A DNA stretch of 40,678 nt from Herbinix sp. (GCA_028701595.1 JAQVQL010000001.1:1-40678), one strand, 5' to 3'. Shown: positions 12,316 through 22,516, counted from the stretch's first letter. Numbers and translations are program-made. The notes: a model not told the origin generated them from the letters alone.

Positions 12316-12546
12316 ATGGAGAGTAGAATTATAGATTTAAATAGAAGCGTTTATGATTTATGCAATGAGTACAAGGATTTACCAAAGATACTACATGATT
12401 TGGGATTTGTCGATATAATTAAACCAGGTATGCTCCATACGGCAGGAAGATTTATGACTATAAAAAATGGTGCATCCATGAAAAAAATAAGCCTAGATAC
12501 AATAAAGGAAACGCTTTCGCAATACGGATATAAAACAATTGTATAG
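12316..12546 (+). CDS. DUF1858-family small protein
   Basis: IDLNRSVYDL..YKDL..IL.DLGF.DI.KPGML.TAGRFMTIKNGA pattern. ATG 12316 is better spaced from AAGGAG than ATG 12310. Confidence 0.8.
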   Translation: MESRIIDLNRSVYDLCNEYKDLPKILHDLGFVDIIKPGMLHTAGRFMTIKNGASMKKISLDTIKETLSQYGYKTIV

Positions 12547-12568
12547 AATATAATATTATCTAATAATG

Positions 12569-12595
12569 AAACCTTGATGCGACATCAAGGTTTTT
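12569..12595 (+). terminator. Terminator-like hairpin between the DUF1858 gene and gnd
   Basis: AAACCTTGATG-CGA-CATCAAGGTTT followed by TT. Confidence 0.55.
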
Positions 12596-12614
12596 ATGAA
12601 TAGGAGGAAATCAA

Positions 12615-14024
12615 ATGTCAATACAAAATGTTGGATTAATTGGTTTAGCGGTTATGGGGAAAAATCTAGCACTTAATATCGCCGATCATGGGTATTCGGT
12701 GGCAGTATATAACCGTTCTAGGGAAAAGACTGATAATTTAATAATCGAAGCAAAGGGTAAGAATATTATCGGTACTTATACATTAGAGGAGCTTGTGGCT
12801 TCTCTCGAAAAGCCAAGAAAGATTATCTTAATGGTAAAGGCCGGAAAAGCAGTGGATGAGATGATCGAACAATTACTTCCCTTATTATCGCCAGGAGACT
12901 TATTGATGGATGGGGGTAACTCAAACTATCTTGATACTATGGAAAGAAGTATAAGGCTTGAGGAGAAGAAGATCCGATATCTTGGCACAGGGATATCTGG
13001 TGGAGAAGAAGGAGCACGTAACGGTCCCTCTATTATGCCAGGAGGAAGCCAAGAGGCTTATAAAATGATGGAAAAGATACTTACAGATATATCTGCTAAG
13101 GTAGGAAGTGATCCTTGCAGCACCTATATCGGAAAAAATGGTGCAGGTCATTTTGTTAAAATGATTCATAATGGCATAGAATATGCAGATATGCAGCTGA
13201 TAGTTGAAGCCTACTCCATCCTAAAGCAGTTATTAGGGTTAACTCCTGTGGAATTTCATGAGATATTCACTAAGTGGAATGAGGGAGAGCTTAATAGTTA
13301 TTTGATAGAGATTACTGCGGATATATTTAAAAAGAAGGATCCCGAAACTGGTAATTATCTGGTGGATATGATACTTGATGTAGCAGGACAAAAAGGAACT
13401 GGTAAGTGGACTGGACAGATTTCTCTGGAGCTTGGAGTACCCACACCGACCATAACCACGGCTGTTTATGAGCGCTACATTTCTTCCATGAAGGAGGAAA
13501 GAGTAATAGCAAATAAGGTTCTTAGTGGACCAGACAATAAGCCTAAGCTTTCAAAAGAAGAAGCGAATAAAATTATAGAGGCAGTACGAAGAGGATTATA
13601 TGCCAGTAAGATATGTGCATATTCCCAGGGCTTTAGCCTAATGCGTGCAGCTTCTATACAGTATGATTGGAGCTTAGAACTAGGAAATATTGCAAAGATA
13701 TTCCGTGGCGGATGTATAATACGAGCACAATTTTTGAATAGAATTATGGAAGCCTATGATCAGAAAAAGGATTTAGTTAACCTTCTATTGGCGGATTATT
13801 TTAAAGACATTGTAAGCGAATATAATGAGGATTGGAGAACTGTTATAACTGCAGCCATATCAAATGGAATTCCAACACCGGCATTTTCCAGCGCACTAGC
13901 CTATTATGATAGCTATCGCAGCGCAGAATTACCGATGAATCTTCTCCAAGCACAAAGAGACTATTTCGGAGCCCATACCTATATGCGTACAGACAAGGAT
14001 GGAATATTTCATACCCAGTGGTAA
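12615..14024 (+). CDS. gndA: NADP-dependent 6-phosphogluconate dehydrogenase (long form)
   Basis: [46 protein letters not shown]. Confidence 0.98.
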   Translation: MSIQNVGLIGLAVMGKNLALNIADHGYSVAVYNRSREKTDNLIIEAKGKNIIGTYTLEELVASLEKPRKIILMVKAGKAVDEMIEQLLPLLSPGDLLMDGGNSNYLDTMERSIRLEEKKIRYLGTGISGGEEGARNGPSIMPGGSQEAYKMMEKILTDISAKVGSDPCSTYIGKNGAGHFVKMIHNGIEYADMQLIVEAYSILKQLLGLTPVEFHEIFTKWNEGELNSYLIEITADIFKKKDPETGNYLVDMILDVAGQKGTGKWTGQISLELGVPTPTITTAVYERYISSMKEERVIANKVLSGPDNKPKLSKEEANKIIEAVRRGLYASKICAYSQGFSLMRAASIQYDWSLELGNIAKIFRGGCIIRAQFLNRIMEAYDQKKDLVNLLLADYFKDIVSEYNEDWRTVITAAISNGIPTPAFSSALAYYDSYRSAELPMNLLQAQRDYFGAHTYMRTDKDGIFHTQW

Positions 14025-14104
14025 ACCGTCGCATTAGGTAGCAGGCACCGCTTGCGTACCTTGTACCATATGAGCCGAAAGACACCGAAAGGAGGAAGGT
14101 ACCT

Positions 14105-15610
14105 ATGATAGATAATAATATTTTTGGTGGAGATAAAGATTTGTCTGCAATTCTTGTGATTTTTGGTGGTACGGGTGATTTAACCCATAGAAAGCTTATG
14201 CCTGCCTTATATAATATGCTCTTGGATGGTTTAGTACCGGAGCATTTCTGTGTGGTATCAATAGGCAGGAGAGATAAGACTGAAGCAGAATACAAGAAAG
14301 AGATACGGGCTTCCATTGATAAGCACTCTAGAAATAAGATAGATGAAAATATATGGTCACAGCTAAGTGATATGATAAAATATTATCGCTTTGATTTTAG
14401 AGAAAATGACGGTTATCCTGCGCTTTTGAAGTATTTGGAGCAAATAGATGAAACTGCTGAGACTAAAGGAAACAGGATTTATTACATGGCTGTAGCTCCT
14501 GAATATTTTGAGACTATAGTTCATGGATTGCATAGCGCAAATATGGCAAAATCGGAAGGCTCTTGGAGTCGCCTTGTTATAGAAAAGCCATTTGGTAAGG
14601 ATTTAATGACTGCAAGGCAGCTTAATCAAAAGCTTCTTAAGGTGTTTGATGAAAAGAACATATATAGAATTGACCATTATCTTGGTAAAGAAATGATACA
14701 AAATATTATGGTTCTAAGGTTCGGCAATTCTATCTTTGAATCCATATGGAATAATAAGCTTATTGATAATATTCAGATTTCATTAACTGAAAAGCTTGGA
14801 GTTGGCACTAGAGGCGGTTATTATGAGCATTCAGGCGCCATGAGGGATATGATACAAAACCATATTATGCAGATTCTTTCCCTTGTGGCAATGGAACCTC
14901 CGGTTAATCTTAATACGGATTCCATTCGAACGGAGAAGCTTAAAGTTATTGAAGCTATTGAGGATATTTCTCCTGAATTTCTTAAGAATAATGTTGTATT
15001 TGGCCAATACGGGAAGGGTGTTATTGACCAAAAACCCGTAGTCGGATACTGTGAAGAGATAAACGTTCCTGAGGATTCAGGTACAGAGACCTTTGTAGCA
15101 TTAAAGCTTTTTATAAATAATTTTCGCTGGGCAGGTACGCCATTTTATATTAGAACTGGTAAAAGGCTTGGTAATTACGGTGCCGAGATTGTTATTCAGT
15201 TTAAGGATTTGCCAAACATATTGTATTTTAAAGAAAAGAATATACAGGAGCCCAATCTTTTGGTAATTAGAATTCAACCAAATGTCGGTGTGTTTTTTCA
15301 ATTTAACACAAAGGATTTTAATACACATCATGGCATTGTTCCCACTAAGATGGATACGAGCCACGTGAGTCCAACCCAAGGAAATACACCAGAGGCATAT
15401 GAAAGGTTGATATACGACATATTAAGAGGAGACTCAACTCTGTTTTCTAGATGGGATGAGGTTGAGGCGGCTTGGACCGTAGCGGATAGAATTATTAGCT
15501 ACAGAGAACAAATTAACGTCAAATTCCCTAATTATGAAGCAGGGTCCATGGGGCCTAACAGAGCGTTCGAGCTATTAGCTAAGGATGGAAGAAAGTGGTG
15601 GAACATATGA
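14105..15610 (+). CDS. zwf: Glucose-6-phosphate 1-dehydrogenase
   Basis: IFGGTGDL, EKPFG, YRIDHYLGKE, RDMIQNH, PFYIRTGKR. Confidence 0.98.
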   Translation: MIDNNIFGGDKDLSAILVIFGGTGDLTHRKLMPALYNMLLDGLVPEHFCVVSIGRRDKTEAEYKKEIRASIDKHSRNKIDENIWSQLSDMIKYYRFDFRENDGYPALLKYLEQIDETAETKGNRIYYMAVAPEYFETIVHGLHSANMAKSEGSWSRLVIEKPFGKDLMTARQLNQKLLKVFDEKNIYRIDHYLGKEMIQNIMVLRFGNSIFESIWNNKLIDNIQISLTEKLGVGTRGGYYEHSGAMRDMIQNHIMQILSLVAMEPPVNLNTDSIRTEKLKVIEAIEDISPEFLKNNVVFGQYGKGVIDQKPVVGYCEEINVPEDSGTETFVALKLFINNFRWAGTPFYIRTGKRLGNYGAEIVIQFKDLPNILYFKEKNIQEPNLLVIRIQPNVGVFFQFNTKDFNTHHGIVPTKMDTSHVSPTQGNTPEAYERLIYDILRGDSTLFSRWDEVEAAWTVADRIISYREQINVKFPNYEAGSMGPNRAFELLAKDGRKWWNI

Positions 15611-16245
15611 TAATAAATACAAATGATTTGAAGATATTTGATATATCCATGCCGATTTCTTATTCCATGCCAGTATATAAGGGTAAGGAAGAAAAAAGAC
15701 CGATTATAAGTATTGACGGTGATTTTTCAACAAGTTCTGCCTATGAGACCAGGCTAGAGCTTAATCTTCACACTGGGACCCATCTTGATACCCCAAAACA
15801 TATGATACCATATGGCTATACTCTTGAAGAGCTGGAGTTATCTAAGGTTATAACTAAATGCAGAGTGCTTGATCTAACCGATGTAAAAGAAAAGATTACT
15901 GACAAGGACCTGATTAGATTTGATATCAAGGAGGGTGAATTTATCCTTCTTAAGACAAAAAACTCATTTGAGGATATATTAGAAAATGACTTTATATATG
16001 TTGATAAGGATGGAGCTGAATATCTATCAAAGCTTAAAATCAAAGGTGTCGGTATAGATTCTCTTGGTATAGAAAGAGCTCAACCGAACCATGAGACCCA
16101 TATAAGTTTGTTTAATTCTGATGTAATGATTTTAGAGGGATTAATGCTTAAAGATATAGAGGAAGATGAATACTTACTAAGTGCAGCTCCCATATATATT
16201 CCTGGTGCAGAAGCTGCACCAGTAAGAGCATATTTGATGAAATAG
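15607..16245 (+). CDS. Cyclase/kynurenine-formamidase-family metal-dependent hydrolase
   Basis: HTGTHLD metal motif, GVGIDSLGIE, ILEGL, GAEAAPVRA; ATG 15607 overlaps the zwf TGA (ATGA). Confidence 0.9.
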   Translation: MIINTNDLKIFDISMPISYSMPVYKGKEEKRPIISIDGDFSTSSAYETRLELNLHTGTHLDTPKHMIPYGYTLEELELSKVITKCRVLDLTDVKEKITDKDLIRFDIKEGEFILLKTKNSFEDILENDFIYVDKDGAEYLSKLKIKGVGIDSLGIERAQPNHETHISLFNSDVMILEGLMLKDIEEDEYLLSAAPIYIPGAEAAPVRAYLMK

Positions 16246-16258
16246 AAGGAGGAAATAC

Positions 16259-17542
16259 ATGAGCGAGTATATCAATAACAGAGAGTACAGGCAAAAGGTT
16301 TTAAAAGAGCTCATTATGGAGCTTCATAATGGGAAGACAGTTGATGAGGTTAAGGAAAGATTCGAGAAGTTAATTGAGGGTGTATCTGCATCTGAAATAT
16401 CGATGATGGAAAATCAATTAATAATGGAAGGAATGCCTGTAACAGAGGTTCAGAGGCTTTGCGATGTACATGCAGCTGTTTTTAAGGGGTCCATCGAGGA
16501 AATTCATATGCCAGAAAACCCTGCTGATATTCCTGGTCATCCTATCCATACTTTTAAAATGGAGAATCGTGCACTTGAACGTTTGATGGATAAAGCTATT
16601 AAGCCACTTCTTAGTAAGCTTGATTATAGTGATAGTCAGGACCTTAGAGAGAAGATGTTGTCAGAATTTACAAAGCTTTATGAACTAGATAAACATTATC
16701 TGAGAAAAGAAAATTTACTCTTTCCTTATCTTGAAAAGTATGAGATAACAGGGCCTCCTAAGGTAATGTGGGGAGTCGACGATGAAATCAGAGAGGACAT
16801 TAAGAGTGCTTTGTCAGCCTTAAAAGACCCCAATATTGATGCCAAAGAGCTATTGGCCAAAGCAAACGCTGCTATAGATCGTGTCCCTGAAATGATTTTT
16901 AAAGAGGAAAATATATTGTTTCCTATGGCACAGGAAACATTAAGTGAAGATGAATGGTTAAAGATAGCCAAGGAAAGCCATGAGCTAGGTTACTGCTTAT
17001 ATGAGCCCAAAAAACAGTGGAGGCCTGTTCGTGTCAATGTGGAGGAGAAAACCAAACAGGAGGCTAAGAAAGCTGACCATTCGTTGCAAACGAGCCCAGC
17101 AGAAAGTGGTGAGTTGATAAGTGGTGAGTTGCCAGGTGAGTATATTAATTTTGAGACCGGTACTCTTTCAAAAAAAGAATTAGAAGCAATGCTTAACACC
17201 ATGCCCGTAGATATAACCTTTGTAGATAAGGATGGACTTGTTAAATACTTCTCACAAGGAACAGAGCGTATTTTTCCAAGAACGAAGGCTGTTATAGGAA
17301 GAGCTGTATCAAATTGCCATCCACCTGCCAGTGTTCACGTTGTTGAGAAAATTGTAGAGGATTTAATGTCTGGTAAGAAGGACCATGAGGATTTTTGGAT
17401 TAAGATGGGGGATAAATATACTTTAATCCGTTATTTTGCAGTAAGAGATAAGGATGGTAGTTATATAGGAACCCTTGAATTTACTCAAAATATTGCACCG
17501 ATTAAGGCAATTAAAGGGGAAAAAAGACTGATGTCAGACTAG
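16259..17542 (+). CDS. DUF438 + hemerythrin-like + PAS domain protein
   Basis: N-terminal EVQRLCDVHAAVF; GHPIHTF.MEN, HYLRKENLLFPYLE, MIFKEENILFP; C-terminal PAS PVDITFVD...NCHPPAS. Confidence 0.88.
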   Translation: MSEYINNREYRQKVLKELIMELHNGKTVDEVKERFEKLIEGVSASEISMMENQLIMEGMPVTEVQRLCDVHAAVFKGSIEEIHMPENPADIPGHPIHTFKMENRALERLMDKAIKPLLSKLDYSDSQDLREKMLSEFTKLYELDKHYLRKENLLFPYLEKYEITGPPKVMWGVDDEIREDIKSALSALKDPNIDAKELLAKANAAIDRVPEMIFKEENILFPMAQETLSEDEWLKIAKESHELGYCLYEPKKQWRPVRVNVEEKTKQEAKKADHSLQTSPAESGELISGELPGEYINFETGTLSKKELEAMLNTMPVDITFVDKDGLVKYFSQGTERIFPRTKAVIGRAVSNCHPPASVHVVEKIVEDLMSGKKDHEDFWIKMGDKYTLIRYFAVRDKDGSYIGTLEFTQNIAPIKAIKGEKRLMSD

Positions 17543-17561
17543 CCTTAAATGTTTTCTTGTG

Positions 17562-17590
17562 TTGACAATAGATGGTATAAACACTATGAT
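17562..17590 (+). promoter_or_regulatory. Sigma-A promoter of the degV-family gene
   Basis: TTGACA, 17 nt, TATGAT. Confidence 0.75.
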
Positions 17591-17672
17591 TATCTTATAA
17601 AATTCAATAAAGCTTCGATGCTGTATATTATGACATCCTGATTTTATATGATAGAGGATAAGGAGAAAATTG

Positions 17673-18524
17673 ATGAGTATCATAAAGATTGTTGCTGATA
17701 GCACCTGTGATTTATCAATGGATTTAATTGAGACATATGATATTAGTGTTATACCATTAATGATTTCAATGGGAGATATAACAAAAAAAGATGGTATAGA
17801 GGTACTCCCGGAAGAAATATATAAGTGGTCCAATAAGACTGGCCAGACACCAAAGACTGCAGCACCGACTATTGGTGATGCTATAGCATTTATAGAACCT
17901 TTCATAAAAGAGGAAAGAGATATCATATTTTTCGGAATATCTGAAGCAATGTCTGCAACATGCAATATTATGAGGCTGGCAGGCGAGAATCTGGGATACA
18001 AAAAGCTGTTTGTCGTAGATTCAAAGAACCTTTCAACAGGAATAGGGCTTCAGGTTCTTCGTGCCGCCGTATTGGCTAAGAATGGTGCATCTGTAGAGGA
18101 TATCTTAAAGGATACAAATGATATAAATTCAAAAGTAAGAGCAAGCTTTGTTATAGATACCTTGACTTTTCTCCACCGTGGTGGAAGGTGCTCAGGCGTT
18201 GCGGCTCTTTTAGCAAATACCCTAAGGCTTAAGCCCGAGATTGTGGTAAATGAGGGTAAAATGGTTGTGGGTAAGAAGTATAGAGGTAATATAAAATCAG
18301 CCCTCTTAAAATATGTTCAGGATCGAAAGGACCAATTATTAGATGCCGTTCCTGATAGAGTATTTATTACCCATTCAGGCTGTGACAGTCAAGTTATTGA
18401 AGACGTTAAGCAGTATCTCGAAGATTTGAATGTGTTTAAGGAAATTCTAATAACCCGTGCTGGTGGAGTTATTTCCAGTCATTGCGGTCCTAATACATTA
18501 GGGATATTATACATAAGTAAATAA
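17673..18524 (+). CDS. DegV/FakB-family fatty-acid-binding protein
   Basis: IVADSTCDL, PKTAAP, VVDSKNLSTGIG, LHRGGR, ISSHCGP. Confidence 0.93.
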   Translation: MSIIKIVADSTCDLSMDLIETYDISVIPLMISMGDITKKDGIEVLPEEIYKWSNKTGQTPKTAAPTIGDAIAFIEPFIKEERDIIFFGISEAMSATCNIMRLAGENLGYKKLFVVDSKNLSTGIGLQVLRAAVLAKNGASVEDILKDTNDINSKVRASFVIDTLTFLHRGGRCSGVAALLANTLRLKPEIVVNEGKMVVGKKYRGNIKSALLKYVQDRKDQLLDAVPDRVFITHSGCDSQVIEDVKQYLEDLNVFKEILITRAGGVISSHCGPNTLGILYISK

Positions 18525-18544
18525 GAGTGTATAAAGCTATTACT

Positions 18545-18578
18545 GTGCTGTTTCATGATAATGAAACAGCACTTTTTT
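18545..18578 (+). terminator. Intrinsic terminator
   Basis: GTGCTGTTTCAT-GATA-ATGAAACAGCAC-TTTTTT. Confidence 0.9.
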
Positions 18579-18697
18579 GTTGAATAAGAAAGACGAAACT
18601 CTTTCATGTGATTAATTTTTAGTCTATCAGGTAATAGATATATATAAATAAGGAAACAATGAATATATCAGAATCAAAATGCAAAAGGAGGTTTCTT

Positions 18698-18892
18698 ATG
18701 AAGGTAAATGATAATTTTAATTCCGAACACAAGGATAACAATCGATTAGGTAAAATTCAACCAACAAATAAAGAGGGAACAGCTGCCTGGCAGAATTTTG
18801 AAGGCTATTACAAGGTTGATCAGGTTGGAAAACCCTCAGAAGAGGATATCATAGATGCTAAGGAATGGGTAGATGATGGAAGCAAATTGTAG
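18698..18892 (+). CDS. Small DUF3787-like clostridial spore-associated protein
   Basis: 64 aa after AAAGGAGG; TAAWQN...V.KPSEEDI.DAKEWVD motif. Confidence 0.75.
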   Translation: MKVNDNFNSEHKDNNRLGKIQPTNKEGTAAWQNFEGYYKVDQVGKPSEEDIIDAKEWVDDGSKL

Positions 18893-18906
18893 AAGGAGAG
18901 AATGAA

Positions 18907-21900
18907 ATGGCAAAACTTTTGATGACATTGGATGGAAACACAGCTGCAGCACATGTAGCTTATGCTTTTACAGAGGTCGCATCTATTTATCCGATTACTC
19001 CTTCATCGGGTATGGCAGAATCTACGGATGAATGGGCTGCAGGTGGAAGAAAAAATATATTTGGACAAACAGTAAATGTAGTAGAAATGCAGTCAGAGGC
19101 AGGGGCAAGCGGTGCGTTTCATGGTTCTCTACAGGCCGGAGCACTATCGACAACATTTACAGCCTCACAGGGGCTGCTATTAATGATACCTAATCTATAT
19201 AAGACTGCAGGAGAACTGCTGCCAGGTGTACTTCATGTAAGTGCTAGAGCTATAGCGACTCATGCTTTAAGTATTTTTGGTGATCATCAGGATGTGATGG
19301 CTGTCAGACAGACCGGATGTGCACTTCTTGCTTCGGGGTCTGTACAGGAGGTTGCAGACTTAGCCCCGATAGCACATCTTGCAGCTATAAAAGGAAGACT
19401 GCCTTTTGTTCACTTTTTTGATGGGTTTAGGACTTCCCATGAGATACAAAAGGTGGAGCTTTTGGAATATAAGGATTATGAAGAGCTAATTGATATGGAT
19501 GCCCTAAGAGCCTTTAGAAATCGTGCTCTTTCACCTAATAAACCCTTTATAAGAGGAACAGCACAAAATTCAGATATATATTTCCAGGGACGAGAAGCTT
19601 CAAATCAGTTTTACTATGATTTGATTCCAATCGTAGAAGAGTATATGAATAAAATGTCAGAGCGAACGGGAAGACCCTATCATCTGTTCGATTACTATGG
19701 TGATCCAGATGCAGAGCAAATCATAACTGCCATGGGATCTGTAACAGAGACAATTATGCAGACCATTGATTACTATAATAATAAGGGCGAGAAGTATGGT
19801 TTAGTTAAAGTACGGTTGTACAGGCCCTTCTCAATATCGCATTTATTAGAAATGATTCCTTCCTCTGTAAATAAGATTGCCGTTCTTGATCGAACAAAGG
19901 AGCCTGGAGCGGTGGGAGAGCCTCTATATGTGGATGTCTGCTCAGCCTATAAGGATATAGATAATCCGCCGACCATCGTTGGTGGAAGATATGGACTAGC
20001 TTCAAAGGATACGACTCCTAATCAAATAGCTGCGGTATACGAGAATTTAAAGGAGAATCAGCCAAAGAACTCATTTACAATTGGTATAATTGATGATGTT
20101 ACTAAGACGTCTCTAGCAAGTGTTAAATATTTTGATGCAGAGCCTGAGGATATGAAGGCTTGTCAGATATGGGGTCTTGGCTCCGATGGTACCGTTGGTG
20201 CTAATAAACAAGCAATAAAAATTATCGGTGATCATTCCGATATGAATGTTCAAGCATATTTTGACTATGATTCTAAGAAATCAGGAGGAATAACTGTATC
20301 TCATCTGCGTTTCTCGAGTCAGCCTATAAGGTCTACTTATCTGGTTAACAGTGCTGACTATGTTGCATGCCATAATCCTTCATATGTTAATAAATATGAT
20401 ATGGTGGAAAGCTTAAAGCCGAATGGTATATTTGTTCTTAATACCCAGTGGGACGAAAATGATTTGGAAGAGCATCTTCCTGCAAAGATGAAACAAAAGC
20501 TGGCGAAGAAAAATGCCCATTTTTATACGGTTAATGCCATAAAAATTGCTGATGAAATTGGTCTAGGTAATAGAATAAATATGGTTATGCAGGGTGCCTT
20601 TTTTAAGCTAACTAAGCTCTTGCCTGAGGATGTATATATTAAGGAACTAAAGAATGTTATAAGTAGGATGTACGGGAAAAAAGGTGAAAATATCGTTGCC
20701 ATGAACCACAAAGCCGTAGATAAGGGAATCGCGGCAGTCCATGAAATTAAGATACCTGAAAGTTGGTTAGATAGTACAGTTAAGAAAGAAAATGATGTTA
20801 CAGAATCAGAATTTATGAAAAATATTATGCGTCCCATGTCAGAGCTTAAGGGAGGAGAGCTTCCTGTAAGTGCATTTTCTGGAATAGAGGATGGTACATT
20901 TCCATCAGGTACTACAGCCTATGAAAAGCGAGGTATTGCTGTTAATATTCCCGAATGGATAGAAGAACGTTGTATTCAATGTAATCAATGTGCCTATGTG
21001 TGTCCCCATGCTGTAATAAGACCATTTCTCCTAGATGAGGACGAGCTTAATAATGCACCGGATACATTTGTTACAAAGGAGGCTAAGGGAAAGGCCTTTG
21101 AAGGGCTACATTACAAGATCCAGATTACTCCCATGGATTGTACAGGATGTGGTAACTGTGCGGATGTTTGTCCCGCAAAGGGCAAAGCTTTAATTATGAG
21201 GCCTATTGAGACGCAACTAATAGCTCAAGTAGCCAATTGGGAATATGCATCAACTCAAATAAGATTTAAGGAGAATCTAGCATATGGTCAATCATTTAAG
21301 GACAGCCAGTTTAAGAAACCTCTGATAGAATTTTCAGGAGCATGTGCAGGATGCGGTGAGACACCTTATATCAAGTTGGTAACACAGTTATTTGGTGAGA
21401 GGATGATGATAGCTAATGCCACAGGCTGCTCGTCTATATGGGGTGCATCAGCACCAAGTATGGTATATACCAAAAATCATGAGGGTAAAGGGCCTTCCTG
21501 GGCCAATTCATTATTTGAGGATAATGCTGAATATGGCTTTGGCATGTATCTAGGGGTCAAGCAGATACGAAATAAGCTAGAAGAGTCCATGAGAAAGCTT
21601 AATGACATGAATGTAGAGGAGAGGATAAAGGAAGCTCTTCATGACTGGATTCATTATAAAGAGGATGGTGATGCCTCAGCCGAGGCTGGTAGGAAGGTTC
21701 TGGATGTACTTGAGAATTTTACCTCAACCGATATAGAGATTGTGGATCTTGTTAATGATATAAAGGATAATCGGGATTATCTAACAAAGAGATCGATTTG
21801 GCTTGTAGGTGGTGATGGTTGGGCCTACGATATTGGGTATGGAGGCCTAGATCATGTCCTTGCCTCAGGCGAGGATGTAAATGTACTTGTATTTGACACC

Positions 21901-22452
21901 GAGGTTTATTCAAATACAGGTGGTCAGGCATCAAAGTCAACACCTACAGCTGCAATAGCTAAGTTTGCAGCTTCTGGCAAGAAGCAGGGTAAAAAGGACC
22001 TTGGAAGGATGATGATGACCTATGGAAATGTCTATGTGGCTCAGGTAGGAATCCATGCTGATAACACACAGCTAATAAAAGCACTAAAAGAAGCCGAGAG
22101 CTATAAAGGCCCATCAATAATAATATGCTATTCACCCTGTATTAATCATGGTATTAAGGAGGGAATGGGTAGAAGCATGGAAAATATAAAGAAAGCTGTT
22201 TCTTCAGGTTATTGGCATCTTTATAGATACAACCCCATGCTAAGACAGGAAGGTAAAAATCCCTTCATTCTTGATTCTAAGGAGCCTAAAGAAAGCTTCA
22301 GGGATTTCATTATGGGACAGGTAAGGTACAGCTCCTTAACTAAAGCATCTCCCGACATGGCAGAGGAGCTATTTGAACAGACTGAAAGGCAGGCTAGGGA
22401 GAAGTACGCAATCTATAGACAGCTGGCACAGCAAGATGGAATAGAAGTATAA
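18907..22452 (+). CDS. nifJ: Pyruvate:ferredoxin (flavodoxin) oxidoreductase, homodimeric type
   Basis: YPITPSS, EMQSEAGA, two CxxCxxCxxxCP motifs, GACAGCGE, GGDGWAYDIG, EVYSNTGGQ. Confidence 0.98.
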   Translation: MAKLLMTLDGNTAAAHVAYAFTEVASIYPITPSSGMAESTDEWAAGGRKNIFGQTVNVVEMQSEAGASGAFHGSLQAGALSTTFTASQGLLLMIPNLYKTAGELLPGVLHVSARAIATHALSIFGDHQDVMAVRQTGCALLASGSVQEVADLAPIAHLAAIKGRLPFVHFFDGFRTSHEIQKVELLEYKDYEELIDMDALRAFRNRALSPNKPFIRGTAQNSDIYFQGREASNQFYYDLIPIVEEYMNKMSERTGRPYHLFDYYGDPDAEQIITAMGSVTETIMQTIDYYNNKGEKYGLVKVRLYRPFSISHLLEMIPSSVNKIAVLDRTKEPGAVGEPLYVDVCSAYKDIDNPPTIVGGRYGLASKDTTPNQIAAVYENLKENQPKNSFTIGIIDDVTKTSLASVKYFDAEPEDMKACQIWGLGSDGTVGANKQAIKIIGDHSDMNVQAYFDYDSKKSGGITVSHLRFSSQPIRSTYLVNSADYVACHNPSYVNKYDMVESLKPNGIFVLNTQWDENDLEEHLPAKMKQKLAKKNAHFYTVNAIKIADEIGLGNRINMVMQGAFFKLTKLLPEDVYIKELKNVISRMYGKKGENIVAMNHKAVDKGIAAVHEIKIPESWLDSTVKKENDVTESEFMKNIMRPMSELKGGELPVSAFSGIEDGTFPSGTTAYEKRGIAVNIPEWIEERCIQCNQCAYVCPHAVIRPFLLDEDELNNAPDTFVTKEAKGKAFEGLHYKIQITPMDCTGCGNCADVCPAKGKALIMRPIETQLIAQVANWEYASTQIRFKENLAYGQSFKDSQFKKPLIEFSGACAGCGETPYIKLVTQLFGERMMIANATGCSSIWGASAPSMVYTKNHEGKGPSWANSLFEDNAEYGFGMYLGVKQIRNKLEESMRKLNDMNVEERIKEALHDWIHYKEDGDASAEAGRKVLDVLENFTSTDIEIVDLVNDIKDNRDYLTKRSIWLVGGDGWAYDIGYGGLDHVLASGEDVNVLVFDTEVYSNTGGQASKSTPTAAIAKFAASGKKQGKKDLGRMMMTYGNVYVAQVGIHADNTQLIKALKEAESYKGPSIIICYSPCINHGIKEGMGRSMENIKKAVSSGYWHLYRYNPMLRQEGKNPFILDSKEPKESFRDFIMGQVRYSSLTKASPDMAEELFEQTERQAREKYAIYRQLAQQDGIEV

Positions 22453-22516
22453 GAACCTATATAAATTAAAATTTAAACAACTAAACAATTAAAAAGTTCT
22501 CTAATTATGGGAGTGC

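Noticed and set aside
12574-12588. FNR box TTGAT...ATCAA
   Set aside because: Spacer is 5 nt rather than 4, and the palindrome extends into a hairpin with a T-run, so it fits a terminator better.
14063-14092. Hammerhead-ribozyme-like look of ATGAGCCGAAAG...CCGAAAG
   Set aside because: The CUGAnGA core is absent (CATATGA) and stem II does not pair.
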